From: Octopus bimaculoides
Taxonomy: Eukaryota
Assembly: GCF_001194135.2 (NCBI RefSeq)
Contig: NC_068997.1
Coordinates: forward strand, 9,356,731-9,389,563
Reading direction: 5' to 3'
DNA length: 32,833 nt
Every line of letters starts with the position of its first letter. The stretch's first letter is position 1. A model generated the notes under the pieces. That model was not told the DNA's origin and did not search any database. It saw nothing but the letters and a program-made list of their open reading frames with translations. A program made the translations under genes and the position numbers. Positions 13,386 through 24,721 of this stretch are shown piece after piece.

Positions 13386-13443
13386 CAGGCTTCTTTCAGT
13401 TTCCATCTGGTTGGGAAGCAAGCTTCTTACCACACAGCCATGC
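13190..13443 (-). mobile_element. Family D SINE, internally deleted
   Basis: Reverse complement of the family D 3' end (tttacttgcttcagtcatttgactgtggtcatgctggagcacc), then (CA)n, then the head end (gcaagcttcttaccacacagcca). A short related fragment lies at about 15385-15440. Confidence 0.7.
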
Positions 13444-14694
13444 CAGCAGAACTACACTCCACTCTTTCTGTGGTTGTATAGACCAATGGGCTTTGTCAAA
13501 TCAGTTTATCTGTGATGACATACAACATGAAGAAGAGGTCCTCAATGGTGCTTATATACTCCTGAGCATTATGAGGCATTAATGCTTCCCACTCATACCA
13601 AAGTTTATGATTTAATCCTTTGCCTGTCTTGTGTAGCAGATGTGATGCACAGGACAGATTTCCATGGCATCTATGCATCATATTTGAGACACATTCCCAG
13701 TTTTCGTCAACCACCAGATTAACTTGGGAAAGTTTTATATTTCTCAAAACATATGAAACAAGAACTAAAAGTTTGGAAAGAAGCATGGATGTTTAGGATA
13801 AATGTATGCAAATGCTTTGGCCAGGCAAAGTGTTAACCTTGTTTTATTTAGACCTACAACAAAACAACTAGAGAAGGGGAGGAATTCCTAGTGACACCAA
13901 CTGTATGAAAAATTCATAGTAAAGAGGGTGCTACAATAAGATAATAAGCTTGTGTTTATGTTTGCAGCAAATAGTTTTTTTTTTGGGGGGGGGGGGGGTT
14001 GTGAGATCTCCATTACAAGCAGAATCTCTTTGAAATTAAAGTTTCCACCAGTTACACTAACCTCACACAAGAGTTTGGTTTCATAAACAATCAGAGAAAA
14101 CAGAAAAATGAACGCCTCACCAAACCACCACCCATTTCACTTCTTTTCGTAGTGTGAGGTCACAGACTGAAATTATTCAATATAACCACACAGAGAAATA
14201 TTGGTGCTGGAAACAATTGATACTTAACCTATTTTAGTTTTTCAAAAAAAAAAAGCATTTCTTTTTAGATCAAACATATCAATTTCATTTTTGTTTTGTA
14301 CATTAATACATGTACACTGCTGTCCCGACACCCTCTCCTCCACCTTCACATAACACTATCCCTCACCAGTAACACACCTGCTCATACACACACACACACT
14401 CTCTCACACTTCTGTTAAGCCACACACATACACACACCTGCCTCCTCAAATGTCGATCTATTACACACTCCTCCTCTAATACACAGCTTTTACCTCAGAT
14501 ATTACTTACTAAATTCGATTCACTTTATATTTCTACTCCCCTACTTGCCATTTTCCAGACGCTGTCAAAACTAAATACATACATATATACATACACACAC
14601 ACACACACATATATATATACACATACATACAAATACACACACACACACACACACACATATACATATATATATACACATACATCGAACTAAATTT

Positions 14695-15065
14695 GATGAC
14701 TGGCACCCATGCCAACGCCGTCTCCATTGGATACGAAACTCGGCTTGCGAAGACCTGTTGGGGCAAGCGAAAGCGAAATCGTGATGGCACCTGTGCCCAG
14801 TGTCGCCTTCCTGGCACTTGTGCTGGTGGCACATGTAAAGACATTCGAGCGAGATCATTGCCAGTACTGCCTGACTGACCATCGTGCCGGTGGCATGTAA
14901 AAGCACCCACTACACTCTCGGAGTGGTTGGCGTTAGGAAGGGCATCCAGCTGTAGAAACTCTGCCAAATCAGATTGGAGCCTGGTGTAGTCATCTAGTTT
15001 CACCAGTCCTCAGTCAAATCGTCCAACCCATGCTAGCATGGAAAGCGGACGTTAAACGATGATGA
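14695..15065 (+). mobile_element. SINE-like retroposon family B
   Basis: Shares aagcgaaagcgaaa, gtaaagacattcgagcgagatcattgccagt and the whole 3' end with 4605-4960. Confidence 0.8.
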
Positions 15066-15166
15066 TACATACATATATACACATAGATACATACATATAT
15101 ACACATAGATACATACATATATACACATAGATACATACATATATACACATAGATACATACATATAT
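15064..15166 (+). repeat. Perfect 22-bp minisatellite, about 4.7 copies
   Basis: Unit GATACATACATATATACACATA starts at 15064, 15086, 15108, 15130 and 15152. Confidence 0.92.
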
Positions 15167-16252
15167 GTCATTATTCAGTTTTATTTCAAGATTTTTCGTG
15201 AATAGAGAAAGAGCTGGTTTCTAACCTAGATTCAAGACTCACGTATTTACATGTGTGTGTGTGTGTAATGTGTGTGTGTATGTATATAAATCAACCAGAG
15301 TCCAATGTCTGTCAAGCTACAATAAACCCACTGAATGTAATTTTTAATACAGAGTAAATAGGTAGCAGTAATTTATTTTCCATCCCTTACTTGTTTCAGT
15401 AATTGGACTGTGGCCATGCTGGGGCACTGTCTCAATAGGTTTAGTAATGTTCACATTTCCAAAGGTTACTGACTGTGAAATAAAATGAAATAAAATGCCT
15501 CAAACAGACAACTGTAAACAAAAATTCAACTTGTTTCCTTGTCTTGCTGAAAACCTATCTTTACTCTCGTAGCACTCAATACTTTTAGTTTTACTTCATA
15601 TGTTTATTAGTCGTTAACGAAAGTCACTGGTCTATTAAAAAAAACAAACAAACATCTAATTTGATCATAAATCATAGAAAAGTTACAGCGGCTAAGGTGT
15701 CAGTTTATCACTTAAAGAGGTGTCACTGACTGTATAATGTCGTGAGCAAGGTATTGAATAACCCCCTGCCCTAAATACCTGGCAACTAAGCAAGAAATAT
15801 ATATATATATATATATATAAAGAGAAAAAAAACTCAGTTCAGTGGGAGGGGGCATTGAATAAACAGAGTTTACATTAGTAATTTAATAATTTACAGTACC
15901 AAGATGATGATATCGAGTACCACTGTAGAATAACTACATTACCAAAACATATAACTCAGTGACAATATAAAATGGTGAAAGTTGGTAATAAAACAAGATC
16001 AAGGGGTTAAGCAAGGGGTTATAAATATGGGAAAGTGATAAGCGATATGGGGGTGAGCAGACAGCAAGAGAAATCATTATGAGAACCCCTATCAAGCATT
16101 TCGGCCTGTTAGTTCTTGACACTCTAAGGGAGCTAAGTCCACCTAGGTAGTGACTCCTAGGTGTCCTCCTGCTATTTTTGAAATGAATAGCATGTAGCTG
16201 TTTTTTAAGCTCAGGTCAGCCCTGGTCAAACAGATCTTTAATCAAAGATATT

Positions 16253-16467
16253 CTTTTCTACTCTAGGCACAAGACCTGAAATTTTTAGGGAGGTGGGGGC
16301 AGTTGATTAGATCGACTCCAGTACACAACTGGTACTTAATTTATCAACCCTGAAAGGATGAAAGGTGAAGTCAACCTCGTTGGAATTTGAACTTAGAATG
16401 TAAAGACAGACGAAATACCGCTAAGCATTTCGCCCAGTGTGCCAACGTTTCTGGCAGCTTGACGCTT
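16253..16467 (-). mobile_element. SINE family C (Deu/Nin-domain-like body) with exact 18-bp TSD
   Basis: Contains the reverse complement of cctttcatcctttcagggttgataaattaagtaccagt. Flanked by TCTTTAATCAAAGATATT at 16235-16252 and 16468-16485. The domain name is from memory. Confidence 0.85.
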
Positions 16468-17776
16468 TCTTTAATCAAAGATATTACAACTGTGATTATT
16501 CCAGTTTTTATCCAACATATCTAGAACTATATTGTTCAATGTATCCTTCTTTTTTTATAAGAAAGCAGAGTCGGATTTGCTCCAGGCAGATTTAGTTGCT
16601 ATATCAAATACGTAGATGTTCTCCTAGCAATGTATAGTTCCATTTAGTTGCATGGCTGAATTCATGTCTTCTCATGGAAATGGATTTGGTCTGTCAGATT
16701 GAATTGCCCAAAATGCAATCCATACAAATTGAAAGTCCTCAGGGCACACCAACAAACCAATACTAATATGGGACTCACACTTACCCTACAAGTAACTATC
16801 TAGGGCCTCTTTTTGTCAGGGTTGGTTATGGGTTTCTGTACCAGGGAAGTTCCTCTCCAAAGCACAGGCTATGACAAAGTGATTTTCTCTTTTGAATTCT
16901 AGCACTTGCCCATGCAGGCAACTCCCCCCCCCCATCTCCCCACACCACCAACGACATCCAAGGCTCATATAACTTGGCAGCAATTGCTGTTAGAACTCCC
17001 AGAGAGCCAGAACAGATATTGCAAGACACTGCATCGAACACTGTAACAGTTACACAAATTCACTAATTTGGATTGGAAATTTTTTTATTGCTTCCCCACC
17101 CCCAAACAATGAAAGGCAAAACTAATCCTGAGAGGATTTGAACACAGATCACAAAGTCAGAACAACTACTACAAGCCATTCCATCTGATGCTCTACCGAT
17201 TCTGCCAAATCGCAACCTTACCACAAGCTACATTGGTTTTATATTTAGAGGACAGATGTCATCAGCATGTGTTGTTTCGCCAATAAGGTCTTGGTTTCCA
17301 TGTCACATGAAATTAAAGAGAAACTCATTGCTTTCCTCTCTCTACAAAACTATTGATTGTCAAAACTTTGAAAAGTCTGCTATTTTTAATGAAGTTGTGA
17401 TGTTCATTTTTTTCATAACATGAGTATTAATGGAATATATGAAGCAAAGTGGTTTTAGCAGGGAATCAAAATAAATGGTGGAACATCACTCAATAGGATC
17501 TTATATCCACTCAGAGATGCTTGCATCCAACATGGGAAGTTTTATACAGTCACTTAACCTTTAAGAAACAGCAACCAAATTTCCCTCAAATCTTTTGTAG
17601 CCATCATAAAAACAGAGGATGGACATACTGGACACTGTAGTCCTTGATATACAAAAGGACAGGACAATAATGACTGGAGCAATGTCTTTGACCAAAGATC
17701 TGCTCGATAAGCGTAGATGACATAAAGGTTAAACAGCAGCAAACACAGCAGTAGAAATAACTACAATAATAATAAC

Positions 17777-18152
17777 AACAAGAGCACTTGGAGAGTGCAA
17801 ACCTCCGCCAAGGCAACACCAACGTCTTTTCAACGATTAGCTGGAGACAATTTTTAAAATGAGAATTTCTGAAATAAACTCGACTGCTCTCATAAATGAG
17901 AATACTAAAACTGAACTTGACCGCTCTCAAAAATTAAGTAAGAAAAACAGGAAAAAATAATCCAGAATCTTTGTCCGGTACTGGATTAATCCCAAAATCT
18001 AATCAGTTTGTGTCAGTCACAAGGCCAAACATCCCTGAAAGTTTCATTCGAATCCATCCAGCGGTTCTTGAGATATCTTGTCTATGGACAAACAAACAAA
18101 CAAACACAACTGAAAACAATACCTCCGCCTTAGCGAAGGCAGAAGTAATAAA
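17777..18152 (-). mobile_element. HINE/DINE-1-like non-autonomous Helentron element
   Basis: On the minus strand: 5' TTATTACTTCTGCC with a nearby inverted partner GGCGGAGGT, a (GTTT)n microsatellite, a 3' subterminal GGCGGAGGT, then a short hairpin GCACT-ctcca-AGTGC, in T-rich flanks. This matches the established HINE/DINE-1 architecture. Confidence 0.72.
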
Positions 18153-18165
18153 ATATAGTACTTAC

Positions 18166-18512
18166 TTTTGTTTTTGTTACTGTTGTTACAGTTTCCCGAA
18201 GAAAGCTCTGTATCAGTTGAACCAGATATTACATTTGTATCAGACAAGTTTTTTTTACCAAAATTTGGAATACTCTCCTGACTACTCTGAAATGTTGCCA
18301 TGGCAATTATCTTCCGTTTATGATTGCACAGCTTGGTAAGATCCTCAGCGCAGTTCACATCATTGACAGTCCACTGGCGAGACACAACACTAACATCAAA
18401 ATTAAACACTTTGTCTACAAGAACAGGACATTGCAGACCACATTTACACGTCCCTTCTGTTGACAGGTAATCCTGGACTTGTTGGACAGATGATAAACGT
18501 GTGTTACTGGGA
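18166..18512 (-). CDS. MBD5: Internal coding exon of an MBD5/MBD6-family (sba-like) gene, carrying most of the methyl-CpG-binding-like domain plus its C-terminal extension
   Basis: Minus strand reads tttttatcttctctttttttttttcAG|T CCC AGT AAC ... AAC AAA A|GTAAGT: strong acceptor and perfect donor, entering in phase 2 and leaving in phase 1, with 115 full codons and no stop. Translation: (S)PSNTRLSSVQQVQDYLSTEGTCKCGLQCPVLVDKVFNFDVSVVSRQWTVNDVNCAEDLTKLCNHKRKIIAMATFQSSQESIPNFGKKNLSDTNVISGSTDTELSSGNCNNSNKNK. It aligns without gaps to human MBD5 as I recall it ([42 protein letters not shown]...EDVTKLCIHKRKIIAVAT), about 43/74 identities by hand count. MBD5 versus MBD6 orthology cannot be resolved from one exon. 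Confidence 0.92.
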
Positions 18513-18605
18513 CTGAAAAAAAAAAAGAGAAGATAAAAACAATTATAGCAAAGAATTTAAATTTGAAAAATGAATTTTAATTTTCATTATCTATGAATTA
18601 TATAT

Positions 18606-18708
18606 ACACACACATTAGTATCAAACAATGAGAATGAGTGCTCAATACTGCATTAGTTGATAAATATTCTTTACTTGTGGATTAACAAGGCAACCAAAGG
18701 TTTCATGT
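18606..18708 (+). repeat. ~100-bp dispersed repeat; second copy at about 26250-26350
   Basis: cacacattagtat...tgagtgctcaatac..catt.gt.gataaatattcttta.ttgtggattaacaaggcaaccaa.ggtttcatgt appears in both copies in the same orientation. Confidence 0.8.
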
Positions 18709-19362
18709 TGTAGAGGTCTCCACAATTATTCAAGCAAAGTACATGGGAATTTTAGTACTTATCTCCATGTGCGTGTGTGTGTGCGTGTGTGTGTGTGTAT
18801 TTACAAAGCAAGTTTTTCTATCTATTTTAGAAGTTTTGTTCTTATCAGCAAGAATTGTATGTTGTTTACATTATAAGAATTTTTCTTTCATTTTTTTCTT
18901 TTCACTTTGGGGAACTTTGAGAGATAGGAAATAAATAATTTTAACAGTGGAACTCGAAGCACATATACAGCTATAATTATTAGCATGTAGAAAATTGGTT
19001 TGAAAAACCTTTGAATAGAAATAAATCAATGGCTGCTAGCAAAACATGAACCCAGACCTCCTGTAGACACGGCAGTTGTGTGCCTATGAGCAGCCATCGG
19101 CTTTTTTTCAACCAAGGTTTTTTTTTTAACCCAATAACCAACAAGCTGTTATTTATCACCTCATCTCCTTAAAATGATTTGTTTCATACCTCTCAAAGTT
19201 TCTAAAAATGGAGGGTTAAAAAAAAAGAAGAAAGAACTAAAAAGTCTTATAATGTAAGCATAATGTTTATATTTTTGGTGTCCCTAAAACATGTAAACAC
19301 ACTTTTGCAGCCCATAACTCACTAGATATTTCTTCTGTTTCAGGTGCAACCAGTTATAAATA

Positions 19363-19590
19363 ATGGCCGAGATGAAACTAAACTCTAAATAAAAGGAAAG
19401 GAAATTTATTTTGAAATACTACTGGAAGCAGGAGGATGTAATTGAAGTGCACAGACATTTTCGAAAGTAGCTTCAAACATATCCACCAGAGTGACTAACC
19501 ATTTCTTGAATAAGAGATAAGTTTGAGGCAGAAAGATATGTTCAAGATATCTACAAGACGTTCTGGAAGACTTGCAGATGTCCGTGAGTT
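19363..19590 (+). pseudogene. Decayed 5' end of a Tc1/mariner-related transposase (DUF4817-like HTH)
   Basis: The frame from ATG 19363 reads MAEMKLNSK*KERKFILKYYWKQEDVIEVHRHFRK*LQTYPPE*LTIS*IRDKFEAERYVQDIYK, then frameshifts to RSGRL. This resembles the family pattern ERKxILKxYWK..EVQR.....PPTRLTI.RIRDKFE..GTVQD...RSGRP as recalled. Confidence 0.75.
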
Positions 19591-19940
19591 TCACAAAAGG
19601 TTAATTTGTGTGTAAATGATGTTTTTGTGCGAAAACCTTTTTTTTTTGTTATTTGTGAGGGATTTTTTTTTCGCATAGAAAAACAAAAAGGAAAAAAGAA
19701 AAACGAGTTGCAAATTTCTAGTCAGCATTTACAAGAAAAGAAATGTTGATGGAATCTGAGAAATAGAAGTTTCATGTTCTGTAACAAAAGTAAATTTCTG
19801 ACATCTCGGTTAAGTTACTTGTTCGTAGAAGAAATGTTTTTCATATAATACACACCCCATTTGGTATACATTGAGATAATTGGTTAAAAAAAATCAAAAA
19901 AAATCAATACTATTTTGTTTAGTAATATTTGAAAATGAAA

Positions 19941-19941
<1 letters not shown>

Positions 19942-19994
<53 letters not shown>
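19942..19994 (+). repeat. (TAA)n microsatellite
   Basis: Directly visible. Confidence 0.95.
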
Positions 19995-19996
<2 letters not shown>

Positions 19997-20704
19997 TTTT
20001 ATTTAATAACTACTAAGGGTTCACAAAAAATGCTGGGGACAGTACAGGACAATATACCAACAACAATGCTGCTGCTGATGATGATGATGATGATGATGAT
20101 GAAAATTTGGGTTTCTTACAGACAGTGGCCTCTGAGATATCAGAGAAGAGAGACTGAAGCAATGAATCAAGCAAAAAGGATAACAATAAAAGGCATCTAA
20201 TATTTTTATAATTAGCCATGTTGAAATGCTGGGAATGATGGTGGTGATGCATGATGATTTCTGTTACATTTCGATGTTTATCTCTGCCAAGTGATCATGT
20301 TAGACTAAATTGCTGTGAAATTATAAATAACTCTTGTGATCTCCACCCCCGTGGTTCCCATAATGCGCAAAAAAAAAAAAAAAAAAAAAAAAATTGCAGG
20401 ACACATCTTTGATAACTGCCTTTGGAGCATGTCCATGTTGCATCAATCATTATTTCATGATAGAAATATAATTTTTTTTTTTTTTTAATGTATCTGTCAC
20501 TTTTGAGGTTGCTCAAAGAATATCTTATATATTTGTCAATGGATATCAAGATGAAATATCAATAATAGGATATCCAGCCAAGAGATTGGCAGTTTGTATT
20601 CCATCATTGATACAATTTCCGAACTAGCCCAGTTTCACCTATTTATAGATGGTACAAAAGTGAGGGAGCATCTTGCCAATATAAAGAACTGCAGTACAGT
20701 AAAA

Positions 20705-20921
20705 TTGGTTTCAAATTCTGGCACAAGGCCAGCAATGTCAGGGAGGTGGGTAAGTCAATTACATCAACCTCAGTACACAACTGGTACTTATTTTATTGAC
20801 CTCCAAAAGGATGAAAGACAAAGCCAACCGTGGTAGAATTTGAACTCAGAATGTGAAGATGGGTGAAATGCTACTGAGCATGTTGCCCAGTACACCAATG
20901 ATCCTGCTAGCTCACTGCCTT
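20705..20921 (-). mobile_element. Family C SINE, diverged
   Basis: Colinear with 16253-16467 (cagtacacaactggtactta..ttat..acc...aaaggatgaaag...gaatttgaactcagaatgt). Shorter fragments lie at about 5045-5200 and 21980-22060. Confidence 0.7.
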
Positions 20922-22779
20922 ACAGTGCAATAGAATTGACAAATGTCTTCTTAGTTTATAATGCTGACTACAGCTGTTCTCTGGTCATTTTTCATTTTGC
21001 TGCCTCTTCTTAACAAATGAAATTCTTTGTGGCTTAGTCAGAAAAGGAAAAAACGGTACCCATGTTCTTTTAGCTGGGACTTGATGGAGTGGGGGAAGAT
21101 ATGAAGATCTCATTATCCTCAGATTGGCGACATTGTCTAAATGCTTACATTAGAATGGTCTTGCCAAAAGCTTCGAAAGGCCATGTGATAGTATTCAACA
21201 GGGAAACTGGTTTAGTTTAACTTTTAGGGTAGGCAGAAGCACTAGCATTGATAAAAGAAGATAAGGGGCTGATCTACCATCCAACATGGGGGGACTTTAT
21301 ATATTTTAAAGAGCTCTAAGACTCATAAGGTTGGGGGTTTAACCAGGTTCCCATAGTGTATAAGCGACTAAGATTACAATACTACCCCACTTGATGGGAT
21401 GCCAGTTAATTGCAGGGTTAATTTCTCAGTTATTACTGGAACTCATTTATAGATGAATAGAATGGTACTATGTGAAATGAAGTGTTTTGTTCAAGAATAT
21501 TTTACACTGACCAGTCTGGAATTGAAACCATGATCTTACTATCCCAAGTGAAATACCCTAACTACTAGCCACACACTTTCACCTTATTCATGTATTACAC
21601 TGCATTTTTCATGGAGAACCATTTCTGCATAGATTTTCGTCTACCCAATTATATTCTCAAGGTTTGAGTCAACTGAAATCTATGGCAGAAGGCAATATTC
21701 AAGGCACCATGGAATCAACTCTGATTCCATGTGATTCCAAAGTAAAATTCTTAACTACATGGCCATACCTACCTATAATAGACAAGCATTCTATCAAGGA
21801 GAGATCTGTCTTTGATTTATTTAACATTACAGAGTTCCATGAAAGTACAGCTACACAAAAAGCAAATCTAAAGAATTCAAACTTGCTACAGTAAACAACT
21901 AATTTGAATGGTGAAAGAAATATTAATTTTACTAACATTGTCCCAGGGCCACACATGTTTGGGAATGGTGCTTTTTGGTATTGAAACTGGAAGGATGGAA
22001 TTCAAACCTGGTGCTATATGAACTCAGAACATAAAGGCAACTAAATACTGCGAGGCATTTTCTCTACCATTTTAACAATCTGGTGCCTAAGAACTGGAAA
22101 GTAACATTTTACTTCAGCAACAAAAAGATTCTTTTGAAAGACACAAAGAAACAACTAACAATATTTGGATTGATTTCTTTCTCCAATTTCATACAGAAGA
22201 TCATTATACCAATGAATAAGAATTACCATTTCCATTCTTGAAATTACACCATGCAGTAATGGTGTTCTACTGATCTTTTGTTTATCCAGTTCTCTAGAAT
22301 TATCTCTTATGTTTTCAATGGAAGCACCATTATTTATAGAAACAGTCTACAAGGGTGAAATCTAATTTATTGAAAGCAATAGACCAATGCTACAGCTAGA
22401 AGTAAAAACAACAATGTATACAGATATATACACACACACACATGCACCTATACATATATATGCACACAACACATGCATGTGTACACACACACACACATAC
22501 ATATATATATATACATTCATGTACATATGAGGGCACATGGCCAAGTGATTAGGAGTTTGGTTGCATGGTCACAAGATTGTGACAACAATACAGTTCTTGG
22601 GCCAGGTGGTATATTGTGTTCTTGAGCAAGACATTTCATTTCCCATTGTACCAGTCTACTTGACTGAAATGAATCCCTATTGGTTGCTGGTACAACTTAC
22701 TCCCCCTCCCCCGAAGGGGGTCAACATCTGCTCATGACTACACTGGCACATCAATAATTAGTGAAAGCAGAGTACAAGT

Positions 22780-23206
22780 TACCAAGTCATTCTTGTGCTT
22801 CCCAACCCTGTGGTCTCAGGTTCAATTCCACTGTGTAGTGCCGAGGACAAGTATCTTGTACAGCAGCCCTGCACTGACCGAAACATTGTGAGTGGACTTA
22901 ATAGACAGAAACTGAACGAAGCCTGTCTCATGTGAGTGTTTTGCATATATGTATGAACCGATGTCTTGACATCATGTGATGGCTGTAAACAAGCATCACC
23001 ATCACACAAGTGGTGCTGATTGTTTCCAATCTTTTGTGAAAAACATGTTTGGTCATGGGGAAATATTACTTGGCTTGGAAACAAGTGTGAGTTGGTGACA
23101 AGAAGAGCATCTGGCTGTAGAAAATCTGCCTCAGCAAATTCTGTCCGGCCCATGCAAGCATGGAAAAGTGGACATTAAATGAGGATGATGATGATGATGA
23201 TGATGA
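22780..23206 (+). mobile_element. Older SINE with a CORE-like head and a family-B-like 3' end; relatives at about 5330-5510 (+), 6290-6522 (+) and 7808-7945 (-)
   Basis: Head fragment caggttcaattccactgtgtagtgcc...caagtatctt resembles 28135-28180. cttgacatc(a/t)tgtgatggctgtaaacaagcatcaccatca is shared with 6296-6335. The tail gttggtgac..gaag.gcatc..gctgtagaaaat.tgcctca...(GAT)n is shared by all copies. Confidence 0.65.
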
Positions 23207-23258
23207 CGTTTGCATGTAAATATATGCAGACATACATTCATCTATATACACATATGTG

Positions 23259-23332
<74 letters not shown>

Positions 23333-23488
23333 TACACATTCATATACACATATGTATGCATTCATACATATGTATTTGTGAGTGTATATGTATAAGAGTA
23401 CTTACATGTCCATATACATATGTACACACACATAAGTTTAAAAGAAATACCAACTGTGAAAGAATCTACACTGAATAAAAATTTATTT

Positions 23489-23668
23489 NNNNNNNNNNNN
23501 NNNNNNNNNNNNNNNNNNNNNNNNNNNNNNNNNNNNNNNNNNNNNNNNNNNNNNNNNNNNNNNNNNNNNNNNNNNNNNNNNNNNNNNNNNNNNNNNNNNN
23601 NNNNNNNNNNNNNNNNNNNNNNNNNNNNNNNNNNNNNNNNNNNNNNNNNNNNNNNNNNNNNNNNNNNN
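23489..23668. other. Assembly gap (180 N)
   Basis: Run of N. Confidence 1.
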
Positions 23669-23908
23669 TTTTTTTAAATCAGCAAACACGCTAAAACGAA
23701 ATTGTATGAGTGCAGTAAAGAATGTTCCATTATCTTCAATTAGATGAATGTCACCAAAAGTACTACTTTTAGAATGCGTTAAGAGAGAGGACAGAATGAT
23801 GACTGCAAACCACTCTTTAGCCACACCAAAACAGGCACAAATACACAAATAACCACATACACACACAAACACACAGTCCTTCCTGTCACACACAAATATA
23901 TGTGCGTG

Positions 23909-23948
<40 letters not shown>

Positions 23949-24721
23949 TGCATATATACAAGTATATCACATTCTTTCAATTTCATGAACAAAACAAAAA
24001 ATGATAAATAAAAAGAAGAATAAATATTTGTTATTTACACTGTAAGACTGTTACACCCGCTAAAGTGAAATAATGGCTCTCCATTTATATTTTATATCAA
24101 CACCTCATTCTCTCATGACATTGGCCAAAGCACTTTACTTTGCATTCCTTCATCAATATTACCTAATACACCTCTTACCAAATTTCCCTTCTCTTATTTA
24201 CCAGTTGCTAAAGTAAATATAAATTCCCTTGCCACCCACCGACACACACACACAAACATACAAACACACACACTTTTATCGTGTTCACAACTTCACACAT
24301 GACAAACCAAATTAAAAAATACTATCTTCCTTCATCCTCTCTGGACCAATATTTCAAAAGTAATCTATCCATCTATTTATCTATCTATCTATCTATTTGT
24401 CAATCTATCTATGTATCTATCTCTATCTCTCTCTCTCTCTCGTTCTGTGCACCTATGTATTTATATATGGCTGCATGTCTTTCTAAATCTATTTCTATCA
24501 ATCTATTCATCCATTTGATGCATGCCGTGGAGAAAGTTGGTCAAAGGTTTTGCAAGCAACCAACAAATTGGACACACTTGTGTCCTTGTTTCCCATCCTG
24601 AAGAGATACTGCCTCAAGTCTGATATTAAATATCTACACCATGTTGCTAACCGTGCTTGTCTCTCTCTCTCTCACAAATCTCTCAGATGGTCATCCAATT
24701 GAACTTCCCACTCAGGCCTTC

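Noticed and set aside
13496-13786. 96-aa minus ORF of fairly complex composition
   Set aside because: No recognisable domain and no convincing splice sites; it runs into a SINE head.
13770-13860. VW...WPGKV resembling the PWWP domain expected in MBD5
   Set aside because: It is on the wrong strand, VW and WPGK are in different frames with the wrong spacing, and there is an in-frame stop just upstream.
19344-19388. Apparent plus-strand terminal exon VQPVINNGRDETKL* after a strong acceptor, ending in a PDZ-like ETKL motif
   Set aside because: The same bases form the 5' end of the DUF4817-like transposase relic in another frame, and no partner plus-strand exons were found.
20013-20252. Minus ORF starting MHHHHH with a poly-Ser tract, 1.5 kb upstream of the MBD exon
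   Set aside because: The His and Ser runs are (CAT)n/(TCA)n microsatellite translations. There is no VPxGW motif and no suitable phase-2 donor.
20295-20400. EPRGWRSQELFIIS resembling the MBD N-terminal PxGWxR motif
   Set aside because: Spacing is too short, it follows a poly-T run, and there is no AG|GT donor at the Ser.
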